Assembly (NCBI RefSeq): GCF_020073745.1
Contig: NZ_JAIRAU010000047.1
Span: 349,990-413,989 of the forward strand
Reading direction: 5' to 3'
DNA length: 64,000 nt
DNA from: Nannocystis pusilla
GTDB taxonomy: Bacteria; Myxococcota_A; Polyangia; Nannocystales; Nannocystaceae
Below, piece after piece: positions 58,804 to 64,000 of the stretch; the first letter of the stretch is position 1; each line of letters begins with the position of its first letter. The notes under the pieces were generated by a model. It was given only the letters and a program-made list of their open reading frames with translations. It did no database searches and was not told the DNA's origin. Position numbers and translations under genes: made by a program.

Positions 58804-61041
58804 TCAACGCCGCCTCCGCCGGCGCGACAGCCCCAGCAGCGCCAGCGCGCCCAGCGGCGCCGCCGACCCGCCCTCGCTGCGACAGGCGCAGCTGGCCTCC
58901 GGCTCGGACGTGTGGACCTCCGGCGCGTCCGCCCCCTGCCCGGCCGTCTCCGCCGGCCCGACGTCGACCGTCACCGTGCCCTCGTCGAGGAACTCCGGCG
59001 GCACGCTGACGACCGACGTCGCGCTCGCCACCTGCTCGCCCGACGTCAGGTTGGCCAGCGCCACGTGGACCACCTCGCCGGGCCGGAACCCGCGCAGCAC
59101 CAGCTGATTGTCCGACTCGCCGAGGCGGCTGGCGACCAGCTGATGGTCCCAGTCGCCCGTCACCTGGATCACCTCGCGCACCGAGCCCTTGTTCGAGCCG
59201 TCGGGGTTCTTGTCGACCGCCGTCAGCGTGTACTCGAACTGGATCGGCGCGTCGGCCCGCTTGAGCAGCACCGCCACGCCGGCCGGGTTGCCCGCCGGCC
59301 CCGCCGTGCCGCCGAGGCGGAAGCGCACGATCACGTTGTCGGAGCCCTGGGGCACCTCGTGGCGCAGCTGCATCGGCCCCGGGAAGAACGGCGTGACCGC
59401 GGTCGACTTGCCGCGCAGGTACAGCGACGCGCCCGCCGCCACCTTGTCGGGGTCGGTGTGGACGCGCGGGCAGTCGTACAGCCCGCGCGCGTCGAAGGCC
59501 CGGACCAGCACGTCGATGTCGCTCTCGGTCCACTCGCCGCGGGCCAGCCCCTCCTCCGCGATCTCGAGCACCGTCAGGCTCGCCGTCTCGAGGTCCGCGT
59601 CGCTCGGCAGGCGCGGCAGCAGCTCGAAGATCACCGGGTCCATCTTCTCGCGCCCGATCCGCTTGCGCGCCGCCCACATCGCGCCCATGAACGGCTCGCC
59701 GTCGTTGTGCACCTGGCCGACGATGTTGTCGGGGCAGCGCTTGGTGTTCTCCGCGTTGCGGATCGCGTTGCCGTAGCCGGGCCAGAAGCGGGCCACGTAG
59801 TCGCCGAGCAGCGGCTCGTTGGCGAGGATCACCGAGAAGTAGTCGGCGATCGCCTCGTTGAGCCCGCCGGCGTCGTTGAGCACGCCCTCGGCGCGCAGCG
59901 TGCGGTCGCCGAGCCCGTCCGGCGTCAGCAGCGAGACCATCCCGTGCCCGAGCTCGTGGTAGACCACGTCGCCGTCGTAGCCGAAGTCGACCGCCGCGCC
60001 CTGGCCGAAGATCATCGTCGGCCCCTTCTCCGGGTCGCAGGTGTTGGTCCAGTAGGCGTTGTTGAGCGGCGTGTAGTCGAGGTCGGGGTACGCGGTCGAC
60101 AGCTCGGTCGTGCGGTAGTTGGCGAGCATCGTCGACAGCTCGCACTTGAACGCGTCGACGCCGAAGCGCTTCATCTCGTCGATGAAGCGCTCCGCGTTGT
60201 AGTACATCGACAGCTCGGCGTAGAGGTCGTCGTCGTCGGCGTTGTCCGCGGGGAAGATGACGTCGGGCAGCGGCAGGAAGAAGTCGCCGTTCTCGTCCGA
60301 CTCCGCGCGGTGGACCGCGTAGCACTTGCCCTCGGCCCACCACGGCTGGATCTGGTCGTCCGGCGGCGCCTCGAGCGTGCAGTTGAACGAGCGGATCCTG
60401 TCGCCCTCGAGCGGCTGCCCCGGGCCCGTGGCGTGGATGCCCGCCAGCTCGACCTCGACGGGCACCGGCGTCGACGCCGGGTTGGTCTTGAACACCCGCG
60501 CCCTGGACGACCGCACGTGCTCCCACTCGTCGAGCACCACGCCCGAGCTGGCCGACACCCAGATCGTCTTCTTGCTCGGCTCCGGGTCCCACTGCAGCGG
60601 CAGCTCGACCTCGTAGGCCAGCACCGGCTCGCCGAGGATCAGCTTGTAGACCAGCGTGCCCGGCTCGTCCGGCCCCTCCGCGTTCGCGTGGGCCGCCGCG
60701 ATGTCCTCCGCCTCCGCCGCGTCGATCCGCGCCTCCGCGGGCATCAGCTGCGGGCCGACGCGCGGCCGCTGGAAGGCGGCCTCGCGCTCGCCTGTCCCTT
60801 CGGACAGCACCGTGGCGAACGCCCCGCGCACCGGCAGCCCGTGCAGCGTGTACGACTTGTGCGCGATCGTCAGCGAGCCGCCGCGCAGCGCCATCGGCAG
60901 CGCGCGGTCCTGGGCGGCCGCCAGCTCCGGCGGCGCCGCGGCGGCCGTGTGCGGCCACGCGAGCACCAGCCCGAACCCGAACCCGAACCACCGCAAGCTC
61001 CGCGCGATCGTCATGAGCGCTCCTGCCGAGGCCATCAGCAT
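58804..61041 (-). CDS. M36 (fungalysin-like) zinc metallopeptidase with MYXO-CTERM sorting domain
   Basis: Signal peptide. HExxH in VVYHELGHGMV. Fungalysin-type catalytic domain length. C-terminal CACRSEGGSAAPLGALALLGLSRRRRRR is the Cys, hydrophobic segment, Arg-cluster pattern of MYXO-CTERM. Confidence 0.8.
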   Translation of the reverse strand: MLMASAGALMTIARSLRWFGFGFGLVLAWPHTAAAAPPELAAAQDRALPMALRGGSLTIAHKSYTLHGLPVRGAFATVLSEGTGEREAAFQRPRVGPQLMPAEARIDAAEAEDIAAAHANAEGPDEPGTLVYKLILGEPVLAYEVELPLQWDPEPSKKTIWVSASSGVVLDEWEHVRSSRARVFKTNPASTPVPVEVELAGIHATGPGQPLEGDRIRSFNCTLEAPPDDQIQPWWAEGKCYAVHRAESDENGDFFLPLPDVIFPADNADDDDLYAELSMYYNAERFIDEMKRFGVDAFKCELSTMLANYRTTELSTAYPDLDYTPLNNAYWTNTCDPEKGPTMIFGQGAAVDFGYDGDVVYHELGHGMVSLLTPDGLGDRTLRAEGVLNDAGGLNEAIADYFSVILANEPLLGDYVARFWPGYGNAIRNAENTKRCPDNIVGQVHNDGEPFMGAMWAARKRIGREKMDPVIFELLPRLPSDADLETASLTVLEIAEEGLARGEWTESDIDVLVRAFDARGLYDCPRVHTDPDKVAAGASLYLRGKSTAVTPFFPGPMQLRHEVPQGSDNVIVRFRLGGTAGPAGNPAGVAVLLKRADAPIQFEYTLTAVDKNPDGSNKGSVREVIQVTGDWDHQLVASRLGESDNQLVLRGFRPGEVVHVALANLTSGEQVASATSVVSVPPEFLDEGTVTVDVGPAETAGQGADAPEVHTSEPEASCACRSEGGSAAPLGALALLGLSRRRRRR

Positions 61042-61167
61042 ACATGGGATCGCCGTCCGCGCGGCGAGGAAGACATCACCCGCTCACCCCAGGTCGCAAA
61101 GCTTGCTGGAGCCGCAACGAGCGCCGCAAATTGGACCTTCGGCCGGCAATTCTCGTAGCCTGCCCGG

Positions 61168-62658
61168 GTGCGCCCCTCGATCGGTCCGCGCCTCGCCATC
61201 GCCGCCGCGCTCGGCGTGTGCTGCCTCGCTCCGCCCACCTCCGCGGCGGGACCTGCCGCCGATCCCGCGCCGGCCGCCGCCCCTGCCGACCTCGCGTCGC
61301 AGATCGACCTCCTGCTGCAGGCCAAATTCCTGGCGCGCGCGCGCGTCGGCCTGCTCGTCGTCGACATGGCCACCGGCGCTCGCCTCTACGAGAAGAACCC
61401 CGACCTCGGCCTCAACCCGGCCAGCAACATCAAGCTCGTCACCACCGCCGCCGCGCTGTCGCTCCTGGGGCCCGAGCACCGCTACGTCACCCGCGTCTAC
61501 GCCAAGAAGGGCGCGCTCAAGGGTCACACCGTCGACGGCGACCTCTTTCTCAAGGGCGGCGGCGACCCCTCGCTCGTCACCGCCGACCTCTATCAGCTGG
61601 CCAGCGACCTGCGCGCCCTCGGCGTCACCAAGGTCACCGGCGGCCTCGTGCTCGACAGCACCGCCTACGACCGCGACGAGCTGCCGCCGCTGTTCGATCA
61701 GAAGGACGAGCTGGCCTCGTTCCGCGCCCCCGGCGGGGCCACGGCCGTCAACTTCGGCACCTACGTCGTCCTCGCCCGCCCCGGCCCCGGCGAGGGCGAC
61801 CCGGCGATCGTCGCCATCGACCCGCCGGTCCCCTCGCTCAAGCTCAAGGCCAACACCGCCACCACCGCCTCCGGCGCGCGCAACCAGCTCAAGCTCGCCA
61901 TCGGCACCAACAAGGACGGCGTCGTCGAGATCGCGGTCGACGGCACGATCGGCAAGGACGCCGCGCCGGCCGAGTACCGCTACCCCGTGGCGAAGCCGGC
62001 CGAGTACGCGGGCGAGGTGTTCCGCCTGGTCCTCAAGCAGCGCGGCGTCAGCCTCGGCCGCAGCGCGGTCAAGTTCGAAGCTGTCCCCGAGGACAGCGAG
62101 CGCCTGGCCCTGGTCCGCTCCGAGCCGCTCAGCGTGCTGGTGCGCAGCGTCAACAAGCTGTCCAACAACTACGTCGCCGAGCACATCCTCAAGAGCCTCG
62201 ACGACCACGCGCCCGCCACCTTCGCCGGCGGCCTCGCGCGCGTGCGCACCTGGCTCGAGGGCCTCGGCGTCGGCGTCGACGGCTTCGTCTACAAGAACGG
62301 CTCCGGCCTCTACGACGCCAACCGGATCAGCGCCGCGCAATTGGTGCAGCTCCTGATCGCCGTGCACCGCGACTTCCGCTTCGGCGCCGACTTCCTCGCC
62401 TCGCTGCCGATCGCCGGCGTCGACGGCACCCTGCGCTCGCGCATGCAGGAGGGGCGGGCCGCCCGGTTCGTGCGCGCCAAGACCGGCTCGCTCGACGGCG
62501 TCTCCACCCTCTCGGGCTACGCCGGCGCGGTCGGCCGCCCCCCGCTCGCCTTCGCCATCCTCTTCAACGACCTCGACGTGTTCGCCGCCCCGCAAGCGCG
62601 CGATCTCCAGAACCAGATCGCCGAGCTGCTCGCCGGCGCCGTCGCGGCCCGGCCCTGA
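61168..62658 (+). CDS. dacB: D-alanyl-D-alanine carboxypeptidase/endopeptidase (PBP4, peptidase S13)
   Basis: Signal peptide, SNIKL (SxxK), SNN, and KTGS motifs in order. Confidence 0.85.
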   Translation: MRPSIGPRLAIAAALGVCCLAPPTSAAGPAADPAPAAAPADLASQIDLLLQAKFLARARVGLLVVDMATGARLYEKNPDLGLNPASNIKLVTTAAALSLLGPEHRYVTRVYAKKGALKGHTVDGDLFLKGGGDPSLVTADLYQLASDLRALGVTKVTGGLVLDSTAYDRDELPPLFDQKDELASFRAPGGATAVNFGTYVVLARPGPGEGDPAIVAIDPPVPSLKLKANTATTASGARNQLKLAIGTNKDGVVEIAVDGTIGKDAAPAEYRYPVAKPAEYAGEVFRLVLKQRGVSLGRSAVKFEAVPEDSERLALVRSEPLSVLVRSVNKLSNNYVAEHILKSLDDHAPATFAGGLARVRTWLEGLGVGVDGFVYKNGSGLYDANRISAAQLVQLLIAVHRDFRFGADFLASLPIAGVDGTLRSRMQEGRAARFVRAKTGSLDGVSTLSGYAGAVGRPPLAFAILFNDLDVFAAPQARDLQNQIAELLAGAVAARP

Positions 62659-62697
62659 CCACTATCGCCTGCCTGAGCCCGGTGTTAGCCTGGCGCG

Positions 62698-63741
62698 ATG
62701 AAGCACGCCGCCCTCGTCCTCGGAGCGCTCCTCGCCGGCGCCCCGCTCACCGCTCGTGCCACCGTGTTCGAGGACGGCAACAGCGCCGCAGCCCCGCAGG
62801 ACGCTCCTCCGCCCGGCTGGGACGCGCTCAGCCCGCAGCAGCAGGAGAAGCTGGCCCAGCTCGACGAGGCCGGCCTGCAGGCCCTGGGCGGCAAGATCGA
62901 CCGCGGCGAGGCCCTCAGCGACGACGAGAAGATGATCGCCGAGGGGCTGGCGATCCTCATGACCGCCGAGTTCGACGGCAAGCTGAACTATCAGACAGGT
63001 GACATCCCGCTCGGCTCCGGCCTGGCGACCCTCCACCTCGGCACCCAGTACCGCTTCCTCGGCCCTGCCGACGCCCGCCGCGTCATCGAGGAGGCCTGGC
63101 ACAACCCGCCCGGCGAGCAGCCGCTCGGCATGATCGTCTCGGCCGACCTCAGCCCGGCCCACCCGCGCGGCTGGGGCGTCATCGTGTCCTACGTCGAGGA
63201 GGGCCACGTCGACGACGCCGACGCCGCCAGCATCGACTACGACGAGCTCCTGGCGCAGATGAAGGAGGCCACCGAGGCCGAGAACGAGTCGCGCAAGGCG
63301 ATGGGCTTCCCGGCCATGCACCTGGTCGGCTGGGCCGAGCCGCCGCACTACGACCAGGCCCGCCACAGCCTCTACTGGGCCAAGGAGCTCGGCGGCGACG
63401 AGGGCGGCGAGAACTCGCTCAACTACGCCGTACGCGTGCTCGGCCGCAAGGGCGTGCTCGAGCTCAACGCGGTGTCCGGCATGACCCAGCTGGCCGACAT
63501 CAAGCCCGAGATGGAGAAGATCTACGGCCTCGTCGAGTTCGACAGCGGCAACCGCTACGGCGACTTCAACCCCGACCTCGACACCGTCGCCGCCTACGGC
63601 ATCGGCGGCCTCATCGCCGGCAAGGTCGCCGCCAAGGCCGGCCTGTTCGCCCTCCTCGCCAAGGGCGGCAAGTTCATCGTCCTCGCCATCGTCGGCCTGT
63701 TCGCCGGCATCCGCGCCTGGTTCACGCGCAAGAAGGAGTAG
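62698..63741 (+). CDS. DUF2167-like membrane-anchored protein
   Basis: Signal peptide, a 250-aa soluble domain, and two C-terminal TM helices ending in a basic tail (…AGIRAWFTRKKE). Confidence 0.55.
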   Translation: MKHAALVLGALLAGAPLTARATVFEDGNSAAAPQDAPPPGWDALSPQQQEKLAQLDEAGLQALGGKIDRGEALSDDEKMIAEGLAILMTAEFDGKLNYQTGDIPLGSGLATLHLGTQYRFLGPADARRVIEEAWHNPPGEQPLGMIVSADLSPAHPRGWGVIVSYVEEGHVDDADAASIDYDELLAQMKEATEAENESRKAMGFPAMHLVGWAEPPHYDQARHSLYWAKELGGDEGGENSLNYAVRVLGRKGVLELNAVSGMTQLADIKPEMEKIYGLVEFDSGNRYGDFNPDLDTVAAYGIGGLIAGKVAAKAGLFALLAKGGKFIVLAIVGLFAGIRAWFTRKKE

Positions 63742-63744
63742 CCC

Positions 63745-63835
63745 TCTCGGGCATGTCTCTGCGGACATGCCCCCTGGGCCATGCGCCATCAGACATGTCC
63801 TTGTAGACATGTCCTTCGACGCCGCGGATTCAACC
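63745..63835. repeat. CATG-centred palindrome cluster immediately after a stop codon
   Basis: GGGCATGTC-TCTGCG-GACATGCCC hairpin with 9-bp arms, then the tandem AGACATGTCCTTG x2. Confidence 0.55.
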
Positions 63836-63891
63836 ACGGAGAGCGGCTCCGGTCGCTTCGCTGATTGCCGGATGCGCCTCGCGAGGGATCT

Positions 63892-63980
63892 GGGGCTGCC
63901 TCGGCCGCGAGTTCAGCGTGCCGATGACCCCGACTTCGTCGTGGTCATCTTGCCCTCGTATTCGCGGCCGAGGCAGCCCC
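63892..63980. repeat. 19-bp perfect inverted repeat pair (GGGGCTGCCTCGGCCGCGA / TCGCGGCCGAGGCAGCCCC) with nested GATGACC/GGTCATC stem
   Basis: Arms are separated by 51 nt. The inner 7-bp inverted repeat lies inside. Locally lower GC. No ORF covers it. Confidence 0.4.
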
Positions 63981-64000
63981 GGACCCCATGCACGGCTCAC

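Overview
This 64-kb window is very GC-rich (about 70%) bacterial chromosomal DNA, almost certainly from a myxobacterium (order Myxococcales). The evidence is a MYXO-CTERM sorting tail on an M36 protease, a lipoprotein carrying Myxococcus cysteine-rich repeats, and an FHA/sigma-54 regulator. Most of the window is conserved housekeeping, largely on the minus strand. The main blocks, in strand order, are rimP-nusA-ylxR-infB-rbfA-truB-rpsO-pnp-dut, purF/purC, prfB (with the canonical CTT TGA C +1 frameshift site) translationally coupled to two lolC/E-like permeases and lolD, bamA-skp-skp-fabZ, and a folP-cdaA-cdaR-glmM c-di-AMP operon. There are also an ECF sigma/anti-sigma pair and a PP2C/FHA signalling cassette. 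The most system-like feature is a clearly lower-GC ~2.2-kb islet (54.9-57.1 kb) encoding a AAA/ABC-type ATPase (441 aa) immediately followed by a TIGR02646-like HNH nuclease (273 aa). That architecture matches the Septu (PtuA/PtuB) anti-phage defence type. A second point of interest is that the two LolC/E permeases carry extra N-terminal TM helices and large acidic/Pro-rich periplasmic inserts with tandem GGWEDPE(Q/V)EIP-LR repeats. A third is a family of short palindromic repeats built on CTGTCYC...GAGACAG and GGACATGYCC / GAACATGC motifs. They form clusters in at least seven intergenic gaps, mostly between convergent gene ends, and degenerate copies are embedded in coding sequences. A fourth is a secreted-protein gene pair with shared SPKGQ-repeat tails. 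No rRNA, tRNA or CRISPR array was recognised. The many Arg/Ala/Gly-rich ORFs in the six-frame track are antisense or out-of-frame artefacts of the GC bias. Start coordinates for genes with internal starts are derived from residue counts in the ORF track and are approximate (plus or minus a few codons).
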